A stretch of 56,497 bases of DNA, filler included, from Sphacelaria rigidula (GCA_964200075.2; 4 parts of 4 records of this genome joined end to end with filler, not necessarily neighbours in it); one strand, 5' to 3'; positions 1 through 12,301 are shown, counted from the whole stretch's first letter. Notes: generated from the sequence alone by a model not told the origin. Made by a program: numbers and translations.

Positions 1-45
1 TGTATGGCAACGGGCGGGGGTGGGGGGGGGGGGGGGGGGGCGGGG

Positions 46-340
46 CGTACTCATTTGATGCTTGCCTTAGTGGTTTGACCATTGACCACGCATCCCTTTC
101 GAGACGGAGCACCGTTCCTACTACTCCTTATAGGCACTTCAACACTTCGGCGCTCACTACATTTCTTCCATACATTGCACAAAAACCTTCTACATACTTT
201 ATCCCCGTCCTGTTTCGCCGTCTGTGGCCACCATCTATCTCCTAGTATAATCATCATTTTCTCGATACTGTCTGATGCATCAAACGATTTTATGGCACCT
301 TTGTTCGCGGTCCACATTTCCCCCTCTATTATAGCACAGT
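46..340 (-). mobile_element. 5'-truncated non-LTR retrotransposon (LINE) 3' end, family A
   Basis: Minus-strand frame IILGDRWW...RRFLCNVWKK...KGCVVNG...ASIK* resembles a LINE ORF2 C-terminus and ends AAATGAGTACG + C-run. G-runs flank both sides (about 14-45 and 343-355). Homologous copies lie at 14185, 15121, 23928 and 42452. Confidence 0.7.
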
Positions 341-1368
341 CTGGGGGGGGGGGGGCAACGTCTCCTTCTACTCGTATATTGCGTACATCCATATTTGACC
401 ACGGTTAGATTCCTAGAGGATCAGTTCATGTTAACGTGCGATAATCAATCAATCAGACGATCAATTGATCAGTCGACTGGGGGCAATCAGGACAGGTATG
501 GTACAGTCCTACCAGACATGAAATTTCGAAAATATTCTTGAGCGGCAGTTGAAGCACCGAATACACCCATGGATCAGTCAATGAAGTTTGATCTCCTCAG
601 GTGTATGGCTTGACAAGCCTGACCATAGTCGTGACAAAACTGACCCGAGAATAGGGTTCAAGGACACACGGCGGATAAGAGTCTCGAATCTGCGCAGCAC
701 CCATCCTCACAAACATCAATCAGACCCGCGTTCAACGGATACCGTAGAATAGGATGGAATATGACTTTACGACACGTTACCAACGTCGACCTGTGTGTGG
801 GGCTTACACTTACACACACGCGGGCACGATTAGACCTCGTTCCGCATCTACTCTACAGTACGGTATTACGCAGCGAAAAAAAAAATAGCCTTGCTCGCTC
901 AGGCGAGGCCTTTTGTCTGTTTCTTCACGAGTTGAGAGGCAAGTCTTGGCCTTTCCCTCTGGCATGCTTCCTATGCCTTGTAGTAAAAATGGGAATTCGC
1001 GCTGATTTCAATCACGGGAAAAATTGCTCGTAAAAGGTTATGGTAATATACGGAGGAGACCCCTATAGGTGCCTAGGGTACAAACGAATGATGCGGGACA
1101 TTGCAGGAAACCCACGGCGAATCAATTCTACTAAACGAGGATTGTAAGAAAAAGATGGCAACCATCAAGTCATTCATCACCTTTGGTGCAGGTTGACAAC
1201 ATTTGTTTTTTGGTGAAACACGACAAGGTATGAACACGGAACCCGCCCGGCTTCGCCGCACTACCGCCGCCCCGCCATCACCAACGGGATCACAACCACC
1301 ACCTCCATTTCCCTCCATCCCCGACGAGACCCTCCATGTACGTCCCGACAAGCATAAAACACACTGAC

Positions 1369-2613
1369 CTCTGACGTCTTCGAAGCGCTCCTACCGGTGA
1401 AAAACTCCGGGAGCATTCTCCTCTCGAAGTTGCTAACGGTGTGATAATCGAAGAATTTGCGCGCCGTCGGAATAGCGTGCGCTGGACACTCTCGCTGTCT
1501 TGGTGCCGCCGACACAATATCTTCCCCTTCTCCCTCTTCATCCATGGGCTGCGGTTGCTCCGCCCCCTTCCCTCCTTGTGCAGAGGCAGCCACCGCCGGT
1601 TTGTTCTCTAACTGCTGGTACACGCCCCCGCTCTCCGCGACAGCATCGCTCCCCGAAACACTATTCCCCCTGTCCTGCCCCCCGGGCGGTCGCTGCCGCG
1701 GTGACCCAGCTTTTCTTTCAGCGTTCTTCGACGACGACGACGACGACGACAACGACGACGATGATGACGACGACGGTGTAATACCGCTGTCAGGATTCAA
1801 CATCTCGATTTTTGTCGCCGCGACCTCTCCCCCCGCATCCGACGCCACTTTCTCTTTCCCACTATTTTCTGATTCCTGCTGACAGCCCTCGGACCCCGCC
1901 AGGGTCGCACCCGCGCCGCTCCCGTGCGCCCGCGGGGACGTCGCCGCACTTCGCGCGGGCTCCGCTTCAGCCTTCCCACTAGCCCCGATCATCCCGCCGT
2001 TCGGCGGCCCCTTCCCGCCTACATTGAAAGTTTCATCAGTTTCCCCCCATGTACTCATCTGCTGGATTCTGCCGTCGGCAAGGACGTCGTTACCACCGAT
2101 ATCTCCTCTGCCATCTCCGCCGTGAAGACGGACACCAAGGCTCGCCGCCGCGATTCCAGTACGCTTTCCGCTCCCGTCCCTCCCCCCGGGTGTGGTTTCG
2201 CCGCCGCGGTTCGCTCCACGTTCCTCCTGTCCCCGCCTCTCTCCCTCTACCCGGGTTGGATCTGCTTGTCGGCGGTTCCCGCACCCTTGCCCTGCTCCGA
2301 CGGCACGCCCTCCGTTGGCTTGTTCCTGTCGGGACGACCTCGGCGCCGCCCTCCCGTTCTCCACTATTGGTGCTTCTCCTATTCCTGCCGACGCTTTCCC
2401 GGCTGCCGAGGCCACGTCGTCCCATGTCGCCAAGCCGCCACTCCCCTGTCTCCCGTCGTCCTTGGGTTGGAAATGCCCACCCTTCGGTCCGCGATTCACA
2501 GCTCCCTTGATCTCATCTGCCCGCGAGACCAAGGCCGATCCTCCAAGTGACGAATCCCCCACTTTCCGCCTGATGCGGCGGATTTCTTCCGTCGCGAGGT
2601 CTTGTAATACCAC
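1369..2613 (-). CDS. SWI3: Large exon of a SWI3/SMARCC-like SWI/SNF subunit: low-complexity linker plus start of the SWIRM domain
   Basis: Polypyrimidine tract + AG acceptor at 2615-2614, GT donor at 1368-1367, 415 codons, phase 0/0. The end HAIPTARKFFDYHTVSNFERRMLPEFFTGRSASKTSE matches the SWI3/SMARCC SWIRM start (IPS..SWFDY..IH.IERRALPEFF.GK..SKTPE). The next SWIRM exon was not found, so the gene probably continues left of the window. Confidence 0.75.
1727..1775. repeat. (GAC/GAT)n trinucleotide repeat encoding poly-Ser in the SWI3-like exon
   Basis: gacgacgac... tract; reads SSSSSSSLSSSSSSS on the minus strand. Confidence 0.85.
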
Positions 2614-3124
2614 CTACATTGGAGAAAAAAAAGAAGGCATATACAAAACGGCCTTGGCTTGAAACGGGTAGCTTGGACTTGAAAAGAAAAAGAGAGAAAG
2701 TAACGCCGAAAAAAACGGCCAGCTACCCCCACTCCCAAGAAGCTGCAGCCAGGCAGGCATGCATGCCATACGGACGGAAAATAATGCTTCAACCTTTGGA
2801 TGGCTTGCTGACTGGCTTACCTGACTGCCTGCAACCGTTCGCGTGGTTGAAAAAAAAAAGGGCTAGTGAATGAACTGAACGAACACAACCAACCTCGCTG
2901 CTACGCAGTGACCAGGAGTACCTCCAGACTATAACACGCCTTTTTCTTCTTCCGATACACTTCTGAAAGCATGTATAGGTCAGCCCTATCCCTGACCCCA
3001 AGGCCTACGATTCACGTGCACGTTCACATCGCACGAGCAACGAGAAGTCGTGATTGCGCCCCATGTCAAAATGACCAGGAGCCCAACTTCCTAGACAAGC
3101 GCCAATTCCACCCTGACGCCCTAC

Positions 3125-3327
3125 CTCAGCCGCGTACGGATCTTCCAGGGGCTTGAGCGGAGGGCTCCGTTGGCGATGTGGGGCTAAGCTTTCATCACCG
3201 CCCAGAGTTGGCGAGGGGGCCTTCGAACCAATTGACCCTGCTCCCCTTTCTCCATGTGCGTTGTGGTTGGGCATCACCGCACGATCCCTCTCCGTAGCAT
3301 CTCTAACGTCCGGTCGGGGTCCCTCGC
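3125..3327 (-). CDS. SWI3: Upstream exon of the SWI3-like gene
   Basis: ttctgcag acceptor (ctgcag at 3333-3328), open frame EGPRPDVRD...PLEDPYAAE, GTAGG donor at 3124. The phase-0 end joins the 2613 exon in frame (YAAE|VVLQDL). Confidence 0.6.
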
Positions 3328-3530
3328 CTGCAGAATGAATTGTCGAAACGCAACAAGCTCGTTTTTTTTAATATAAAGAAGGAAAAGGAACGATTGAGCA
3401 CTTGAGCCTTCAGTTTTGAATGCAAAAAAGAGAAAAAAGGCAGTGGCCTAGAAAAGGTATACCTCGTATTTTGCTCAAGAAAGGTACGAAAAACGACCAG
3501 AAACGTGACAACAGTAAAACACACATACTA

Positions 3531-4434
3531 GACCGATTTCGCTCCGAATTTTTCACGCACAGCGGTCGGGGGGCTCCTCGGCAATCGGGTCTCGAAAAAA
3601 AACATAACAAAACATGTTACTCGCGAGATGAGGCCACGCGCAGGAGGATCTCTCGCCTCCAGAAATCATTTCCACTTTCGAGGCAAAATTTCGGCCAGGT
3701 AAACTTGATCTGGGCCACCGTTCGGCCCAGAGAGTACCTTTCCTGGGCCGTCACTTTCCACACAGTACCTGATGCGGCACAATGCGCGCAAGCGCAAGCG
3801 AATCCACGCGCCAACTCCAACCATGGCGCCTACACATTCGGCTCTTTTCCCGCCCATTCAAACCCGCCACAACGACCATGCCTCTTTCTCCCTGGAAATG
3901 GTTCCCGAGTCTCTCCGCATCGACCCAAGAACTGGACTCACAATTCACAACGCGTCGGTCTTTTGCGCTTGCGGAGTATTATGCAACACGTTGCCGTTAC
4001 GATCTAGGGCTGGTGTCATGTTCCGTCATGGTTATGGCGTTGGGGTTAGTAACATGTGGTCGTTGGGACGTTCGTGAGTGCCAAATGGGCGGGAAGAGAG
4101 CCGAACGTGTGGGCGCCATGATTGGAGTTGGGGCGTGGATTCCCTTGCGCGCTATGTGCCGCATCAAGTACAGTGTGGGAAGCGGTGGCCCAGGATAGGT
4201 ACTTTCTGGGCCGACTAGTGGCCCAGATCAGGGACGATTGGGAGTAATCCCTGGATTAGGTTCACCTGGCCGAAATCTGGCCTAGAAAGGGGCAGTGATT
4301 TCTGGAGGCGAGACGTCCCTTTTCACATTGCCATATCTCGCGAGTAACATGTTTTGTTTTTTGTTTTTTTCGAGGCCCGGGTGCCGAGGAGCCCCTCGAC
4401 TGCTGTGCGTGAAAAATTCGGAGCGAAATCGGTC
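3531..4434. mobile_element. About 900-bp foldback element with long TIRs, TA-flanked (Tc1/mariner-type non-autonomous)
   Basis: TA|GACCGATTTCGCTCCGAATTTTTCACGCACAGC... pairs with ...GCTGTGCGTGAAAAATTCGGAGCGAAATCGGTC|TA. Arms at about 3531-3880 and 4053-4434 are reverse complements with small indels. No transposase ORF. Confidence 0.85.
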
Positions 4435-4469
4435 TAGGTTGGAGGCGACCTAGCGTTCTACAAACACAA

Positions 4470-4605
4470 TAACCCTACCCCTAACTCTAACCCCGACCCA
4501 AGGCGTACGAGACCCTCGGGCACGTGGGGTGCATAGGGTTAGGGGTAGGCAAAGTGTGCGTTGGCAGACCTGAAATCGGCGCCTAAAAAAAAAGCACGTT
4601 CTAGA
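4470..4605 (+). repeat. Dispersed repeat starting with degenerate CCCTAA units (family C)
   Basis: AACCCTACCCCTAACTCTAACCCCGACCCAAGGC...GGCAC..GGGGTGCA...AAAGTGTGCGTTGGCA.ACCT.AAATCGGCGCCT recurs at about 6229-6380 (+) and about 19100-19256 (-). Confidence 0.7.
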
Positions 4606-5404
4606 CGAGCTGGGTCAACTGCTCACCTGCCCCAAGCCATAAGTTTTCTGAGAACTTTCTGGACCCTAAACTCAAGTAGTCATGTTGTCTACCATGGATA
4701 TACGACCAAAGCTTTAGGTATACTGCTAGATTGTCTGCGTTGCTGTTTTCGCGTCTCTGGTCATTCCTTGCACCTCTCTTGAGCAAAATACGAGAAGATA
4801 TACCTTTTCCTAGGTCATTGCCAAAAAAAACGTATCTCCGGGGGGTAAGGGTAGGGTGGAGGAAGATCAAACAGTTGAACAACAAAAAGATAAAACTGTG
4901 TGGCACCACAACATAAAGTAAGGCCGGCCCAACAGATATCGTTCCATGCGTATATTCGAGGGGAACCGGCAATAAAATCATTGCCTGCGGGGGTTGGCTG
5001 AAAATGCTGAACAGCATTGTACTGCACTGCAAAATCTCCCGAGATTACTCGTTCGGACAACTTCCCCCCCCTCTCCTTCAACGACCAATTATCCATCAGT
5101 ACCCGACGACGTATGATCTTATTCATAATTCTGGTAATGATCAACCTGGTAGCCAACTGTTGCATGTTGAGACGATTTATGTCGACCCGCAATAAAAACC
5201 ACAGATTCCGCTACAGTACTACGCTCCGGTCTTCCACCTACAGGTGCGTGCGTTGGTTGGTCGCCAAATAATCCATGGTTTTTAACTTACAGAATACTTT
5301 CGGTTTTTCGTACTTGTTTCCGCTACTGCTGCTGCTTCAGCTGTCCTGTAGCTCCTGTCGTGTTTGTGCTACTGCTACTGCTGACTGTGCTGTTTGTCGT
5401 TCCT

Positions 5405-5442
5405 ATTGTTGTTGTTGTTGTTGTTGTTATGGTTGTTGATGT
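5405..5442. repeat. (GTT)n microsatellite
   Basis: attgttgttgttgttgttgttgttatggttgttgatg. Confidence 0.85.
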
Positions 5443-5937
5443 TATTCATGTCTTTGCTGGTACGAGGAGCGCCCCTGTGGCCCGGTGACTCTCGTGAGGG
5501 CAAAGTTGGGCTCAGGGTACACTCGTTTGAGCGGACTCTTTTGTTTTTTGTTGGAGGGGCCGTCATCCCCATCCTCCTTCTCCTCACCACCCTGCGGATG
5601 ACGCAAGCTCCCCCAATCACAAGCCTTTTTGCGCCTCTTGAAAGCTTGCTCGTAGATAGCGTTGAGGCCCGACATCATGGGTTCCAAAACGAGAGAGGTG
5701 TGCGTACACGTGCTGTGGATGATGTGCAGGTAAAAACTACAAAAGGCCCACACCCCGGGGTGTTCTATTTGCACAATAAAATAGAACACTAGCCGGCGTC
5801 CCGGGGAAAAAAGCCCCGGGGTCTTTTTTTCCTACGGAAGCTCGCTCCTCCACCTTTGAGAACACCCCGGGGCGATCCTCTGACGACCGGATTTTGACGC
5901 GCCCCCCGGGGTGTTCACAGAGGATAACATGGTATAA

Positions 5938-6128
5938 GGGCGTGTTTCAGCACGCTATTACTCTTCGATCGAAAATGTGCGGTAAAATAATGAAACTCCG
6001 CTATGATAAGTCGTGATTTCAACTATTGGAATTCATGTTGACGACATTTGAATCACGATTTATCAGATCGGGATTCTTGTTTTCCCCCGCACATTTTCAT
6101 TCAAAATCCAATGTGCCAAGACACGCCC
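5938..6128. mobile_element. Tourist-like (PIF/Harbinger) MITE, copy 1
   Basis: TAA|GGGCGTGTTTCAGCAC...GTGCCAAGACACGCCC|TAA: GGG/CCC termini, TAA target duplication, body is an imperfect palindrome. Confidence 0.8.
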
Positions 6129-6228
6129 TAATACTGTACTGTAGTACGCGAGTGCCTGGGTATGCTCGGGTGGGGCTGTTTACCCAATGGTCGGAAACAG
6201 TGGTTGTTACTGTAAGTGAGGTGCCGCC

Positions 6229-6380
6229 ATCCCTAACGCTAACCTCAACTCTAATCCCGACCAAGGCATAAGAGAACCCTATGAGGGCACGGGGGGTGCA
6301 GAGTGCCCTAGACAAAAGTGTGCGTTGGCAAACCTCAAATCGGCGCCTACGGCGCCAATTTCGACAAAAACACGTTTTGG
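6229..6380 (+). repeat. Family C repeat copy, framed by inverted repeats at 6178-6221 and 6440-6484
   Basis: Homologous to 4470-4605. Flanks GTTTACCCAATGGTCGGAAACAGTGGTTGTTAC and GTAATAACCAGTGTTTCCGACCACTTCGTAAAAC are approximate reverse complements. Confidence 0.65.
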
Positions 6381-6638
6381 GAGAGAGAGGAGAACCTGGG
6401 ACTGTCAGCCCCTCTAAAGATCCAAATATCGATGTTCATCCTCAATTCAAGTAATAACCAGTGTTTCCGACCACTTCGTAAAACTCTGTTGGATCCCGGA
6501 TCCCGGATCCCGCTACTCGTACAGCAAGTACTACGCTCCAGTCCTTCATCTATAGGTGCGTGCATTTGGTTCGTCGCCGAATATTCATGGTAGTGAATTT
6601 CATGTATACTTCGGTTTTTCGTTCTCGTCACGCTATAA

Positions 6639-6784
6639 GGGCGTGTCTTGGCAAATAATTATCCGACCCGGTGAAACATGACTTTAACTATCGTCATCCA
6701 TGTTGAAATCGCGATTGATCAGACAGGGTTTTTTGTTCGCCCCCGCACTGTTTCGGTCGAAAAATGATTTGCTGAGACACGAAC
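6639..6784. mobile_element. Tourist-like MITE, copy 2 (internally deleted)
   Basis: TAA|GGGCGTGTCTTGGCAAAT...ATTTGCTGAGACACGAAC|TAA; homologous to 5938-6128. Confidence 0.75.
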
Positions 6785-7239
6785 TAATAGCACGCGAGTG
6801 CATGGATAATGTGATCGCGCACCTCGGAGATCCGAATGTCACAGTCTAGACCAAAATAATGTCCGTTGTTCAACCATGAATTAAGGAAGACGGCAACCAA
6901 CTCGCTTACACTACCGTGTTCCTGACACATCGAATTGACAAAAATATTTACCCGCAAAGACGCTGACGCTTGGATCTTACAGTAGTACAAGTCAACTTCC
7001 GAGTATCCTCTCATGTATAGATTTAGAAACTTGACTTCCAGTAGCGGCCCGCTCACAAGAAACTGAAAATCAGGTTCAGCCTGAGTTTCTTGTCTGATGC
7101 TAAGGTTGATCATAATCTATCGATGTATAGGGCCCTTCGACGATGAGCATGGCTCATCTCTTCGATTGACAGATGTTTCTCATGAACAAAGGATGGATGG
7201 CCCAGATGAGCCAACTATCCTCGCAGCCAAGTCAACTAA

Positions 7240-7428
7240 GGCCCTGTCTTAGAACATCAGTCTTAGATCGGAATTGTGCGGTGGAAAACAGAAATCCCGA
7301 TCTGATAGGTTGCGATTTCGACCATTTCCAAAATTTTCGACGATGGTTGATACCACGACTTATTAGATCAGGATTTATGTTTTCCAGCGCACATTCTCGA
7401 TCGAAAACTAATTTGCTAAGACACGGCT
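7240..7428. mobile_element. Tourist-like MITE, copy 3
   Basis: TAA|GGCCCTGTCTTAG...CTAAGACACGGC; shares internal ATCAGATCGGG and ATCCCGATCTGAT arms with copies 1-2. Confidence 0.7.
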
Positions 7429-8827
7429 CAACCGTAGCCGCGGCCGCTGACGCTGAACATTTTATTTTCCTTCTTTTCAAATTATCACCCTGATTTTTTC
7501 TACAACGTCGTTTGTGGCGGGCAAGTCGCTGCTGTAGATGTTTTGTGTTCACATTCGAATCACGTGATGGGGAAAAACACTTGTACCATGCTGAATCTGC
7601 AATGCCGGTAACTTTGATGATCAGTCGTCCATGCCCTCCACACTGATCCTTTTCACCGGCAGAGTAGGACATCTGTTGAATCGACACATATCTTCACTTG
7701 AAAGATATATCTGACATCCAAACACTCCCCTCTCGTCCCTCCGATGGCCCTCAACCGTCCAGGTGCATCACGCAGAATCGGAACAATCTTCATCCTAGAA
7801 AACGAGCATCAGAGGTACTCAGATATCCCCACTCTAGGGAAGGAGCGCCGAAAGGGTGAACTGTTTTCGCGCCAGCGGTCTGCGGTAGACCTTGACAGTC
7901 CCGTTGGTGGGGGGTGACGATGTTCTAAACGAAGAGGACCCTGGCAGGACGGGAAGCTCGGGTGTCAAGACGAGTTTGCGCTCCTTGTTTTTTCACCCGA
8001 TGTAATCACAGCAACCGACATGTTTTGTCATTCTCCACATAAAGGGCGGGATTCAAATAGCAGTAGGCTGAAGGGTGTTAGAAGGATTACTGTAACGGGA
8101 CCATTCTTGTTGTATGTACAACTGCGACTTCCAGTTTATGAACACCATGCCATGCCCGACCGCCTAGTCAACCAGGCCCACAGGCTTACTTCGGCAAAAA
8201 CAAAACAGCCCACCTAATCGATCTTCCGGGTATGAGGCGTGCTGCAGGGGCCCCTCTCGCGGTCGTTTCTTGAAGTTGCGACCTGGACTGATTCTCGGAG
8301 ACGTCGCCGATTCCTGATGCTCCTGTTGTGGATGTTGGGTGCCAATTATTCAGAGTGCCGAAGAGCGGAGGTGGACGGAAGGAGGCTTCGCACACTTCTG
8401 CAAGATCATGTATGGATGATCGCGGTTCTAATGTTGCCGGTGCTGTAGCCATCTCGTTGCTCCCATGTAATGAGGGGTTGTGATGAAGGTGAAAGCTCAA
8501 CGCGATGTGGGACAGAGTACACTTTTTCCACATTACATAATTTCGTAGCGACTACTGTTTCTTCTGTACTGTACCGACTGTACCTGAAGCATGGACCCCG
8601 GGAATAAGAGAACTGCGGGAGAAATACATTGACAATGCACTGCACTGTCATCAAACGGTCTGAAATTGATATATGTACGGCTACAAAATAATATGGCGGT
8701 TTGAAAAAACGCCTCTTCCTTGAAGGCGGGGCCTTTACGTACACTGTGATTCATGAGTGTATCCTAACCTGCGGTTGGGTGTACCGTGGAACAGCAGCAC
8801 TAGAGTCGCCACTGCACTGCACTGTGC

Positions 8828-8881
8828 AATACAGTACAGTACCGTACAGTACCGTACCGTACAGTACAGTACAGTACAGTA
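8828..8881. repeat. (CAGTA/CCGTA)n pentanucleotide repeat
   Basis: acagtacagtaccgtacagtaccgtaccgtacagtacagtacagtacagta. Confidence 0.85.
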
Positions 8882-11800
8882 TCGCATCAGGCCAACACCG
8901 GGTGAAACTACTCACTGCCGCAAACAGATCAGCGTACTGAGAGCAATCTTCACGGGGATAAATCTGCTTCGTTACAAATCTGCCCCCCTTCCTATCCCCC
9001 ACTCTATTTGAAACGCGATGTTATCCCGCGGAATAAGCCTTCGGATCACGGTCTCTTGGGCAATGTTTCTCCACTATAATCGCTGAGAGAAACCAGATCA
9101 CTTCTGCGATTCTCTGGAATTTGACACATATACAAACCCAAATGTATGGATGCGATGATGTTGATGAGAGGGTCTGGCGATTAGATAGTTTGGTTGATGG
9201 CACGGTGGAGATTATCATATTGTTTGTTGGGAGTCGCCCAGCAGAGCATGCACCATGGGAAGATGTGTCCCTAAACGAGCACATGCGGACAACTCGACCG
9301 TTCGTTGTTCTTGCACAATGGAAGCTCATGGCATCCAATGTTCGCGGGAGGCGTACTGTGAATATGCAACAGATGAATTCATGTATATCCCACTCTTGGC
9401 CTGGACGAGTATGCACTTCGATTAATACACACCCATCTATGCCCGGCGCCAGTACATGCTTCTGGTGCGCACTGCATCTCTGCCAAAATGTGAGGGTTTC
9501 AAGTGCGGTGTTCTGTAGGCAAAACCGTATTTGATGGTAATTTATTCACGAACAGTCCATTGTAACACGTCAAGTATCAAAATCTTGCTCCTGGTCCTTA
9601 TCATTCGCCGTTGGAGGTGAAAAGCAAGCAGTACTTGCCAACTTCGCCTATTAAACAGGTCCACCCCACTATGTGTAATACGAGTATTGCAAGACGTCCC
9701 CACTCCCCCACCTGAGTGACTAAACCCAACTTGGCACCAACAGGCCTCGAGGAAAAACCAGACACCATTCTCTAGACTCGTGGCACGCGGGCACTGCCGA
9801 CAGCGAGTTCAGATATTCTACGCCCTTGAATACATTCCCTGCAAAGAGGCCGGAACCTTCAACGTGCCGCCGGCAGCTACATGCACGCAAGGGGGATGGA
9901 TACAACGATAAGCCTTGCTTCCCGCGCAAAGCAAAATGATCTGTACTGTAACCTACGGTACTGGACAGGAACACACTACTGTTGTCGTACGATTGTACTT
10001 CTGTTGTACGAGCGTACCGACAGTTTCAGCCTAACCGACATACAGACAGCACAGAGTAAACAGTCCGTACAACAAGAGTGCGTAGGTGAACTAAATTAAG
10101 GACACCACAGTCCCGCAAGCTGGAATGAGGTTATCATCTATCGTACTCTTCCCAGAGGAGGGTATAATTAACTCTACACACTATAATAGAGACATGCAGG
10201 CAAAAAGTATTTCACACCAAAATTGGTACAATGAGAAAATGGGCTGTTCCAACGAAAATAGCTGTTTCGTTAAAAAAGGACGCGATGTCCGACTCGGCAC
10301 CAACACCCCAAAAAAAAACTCATAAGTTGCCAACACAACCAGCAATCACGAGAACTCTGTTTGGGCCAACCGCAAGCTATCCATCACTGAAACAGTTTGA
10401 GTTCGTACCTCAAGTCTGCTGCCTGCATCTCGTTGTTCCATGTCAACGCAACCGCCCAGCGTTTCCCTGTTCCTATGGCCTGTGAGAAAAACGATTGGCC
10501 TGATGTGCCGTTGGGCGGATGAAGACTTGAGAGTTGCACCCCTTATGGTTCGAGAGGCAAACGCCGACAGAATCTGCAACGCTGTCCTGCTATGCACGGG
10601 ATGGTAGAGATCTATCTCTGCGCGATGTGGAGTATGCGGTGCATGTGCCTGTCTAAAGGGATTACAATTCAGTACATGGCGTCTTCGTTGCCCGCGGTTT
10701 AAAAAAGTCGGCAGGCTCTGGGTAATGACGTTTAATCTCTAGGGTTCAGAGTTGTGGTGTATGACTAATACGATACCGTGTACGTGCACAATTTCTTGTA
10801 CCGCATGCTTTTTTCCGGCAAACGAAAGCACACCATCAAGACCAGCAAAGGTGCAACCGAGTGGAGGGAGAGCGCTCAGACCTCTGTGCTGCAGAAAGCC
10901 AGGTATTTTTCGCTCGAACGATCGGGATGTTAGCCGATTGTGCCATCCGAGTTGACGCGACAATCTACGTGCCTGTTTCGGTGCGTCTTCGAAACAAGAC
11001 TAGAACACAACATCAAAGCCACCAGCAAGCATTCGTTTGTGTCTCGAAAAAAATTAAATATTTTCACGTTTGTTGTTCGTTTTCCCTCTATACAACAGTA
11101 TAGCGGGTGTGTACCCATCATCCGCCCAATACCCACCCCGTTCGTAATGGTGATGCAACAACGTGAAGCTCCCAATCGGTGCCTGCATGTCCATGTCTGT
11201 CCCCTACACCCGCGCCGATGCAAGCCAATCACTGGTGGGATACTCATCGGATGACTGGAACCCACCCGTTCAATGGTGTGAGGGTTGTTTTTCGCGCCGA
11301 GCAATTCGACCTGTCTCGTCGCATAGCTTCGCGCTGTCTGCGTGCGTATCATTACAGCAGGCTATAACGGGGTATGTGCTCCTTTGCTGGCAGAACGCCG
11401 TGCACCAAACAGGACCGTCTATCTAGTTTGCCAACACAACGGCGCACGCATCGAGCGAATCGATGATACACGGGAGGATTGTACCGTAGTGTGTGTAGCA
11501 ATATCGGTGAAGTTTCCTATATCTGTGCCTGTGACCAATCACTACAAAGTTGAGAGCAGAGCATGCAAGGGACTTTCAGGCAGTCTTGCCTCTTCTCTGG
11601 AGCAGTAGTAACACGGCCGTTAGCAACCGTCTGCAGAGCCAGCTCCTCACCAAGTACTACTGTGTGTCCACTGATTGTTGTACTCTACTTGATACATCAG
11701 TTTTTTGGGGGGAATTCAGTCTAGCCGAGCGTCGTCCACTGTTTCCAGCTTTTTGCCAGCGCCGCCCTAGAAAAGCAACAACTCTCGACCGCCCGACGGC

Positions 11801-12301
11801 CTGACATCGTATGAAGAGCCTGCCCTTCAACAGTGTACGATGTTGTATCATAGATCAACACCTGCGGAAAAACGATTCAAGTGTGGGCGGTGGGATGTAG
11901 GGATTTTCGCACAGATTTTCGTTCCTTCCCGTCTCGAGAGTTTTGGGGTAATCCCAGCGGTCATGATATAGGCACGAGAAGTACAAAAGAACGGAACTGC
12001 AGGCTACGAGCATGTCACAAAGCGGAAGCCTTTCGTATCTCCACTTTACCCTACAACTCCGTGCGGCGCTTACATGTTCAGCACCGCACGCAGTGCCACG
12101 GACTGGATCGTATGCTCGATACTCGACAGCCAGTTAAGTGACGCAAATTGATGGGTTCGAGTTTGGTTCTACTCAGTTGAACGTGAGAGCATTGGTGTGC
12201 CTAACGGTACTCTCTTTGCTGGGGTGCTGGAGTCAAGGGCAAGGGAAACATGTGCTGTAGGCGGTAGTAGATCAAAATGCAGTTTGTGTCGTAGCGAACA
12301 G

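Larger units (their letters stand above)
3437..4822. repeat. Outer inverted repeat pair (3437-3515 and about 4740-4822) enclosing the foldback element
   Basis: GGCAGTGGCCTAGAAAAGGTATACCTCGTATTTTGCTCAAGAAAGG versus the reverse complement GGCAATGACCTAGGAAAAGGTATATCTTCTCGTATTTTGCTCAAGAGAGG. Confidence 0.7.

Noticed and set aside
1457-2662. Several plus-strand ORFs of 90-208 aa
   Set aside because: Shadows of the GC-rich minus-strand SWI3-like exon.
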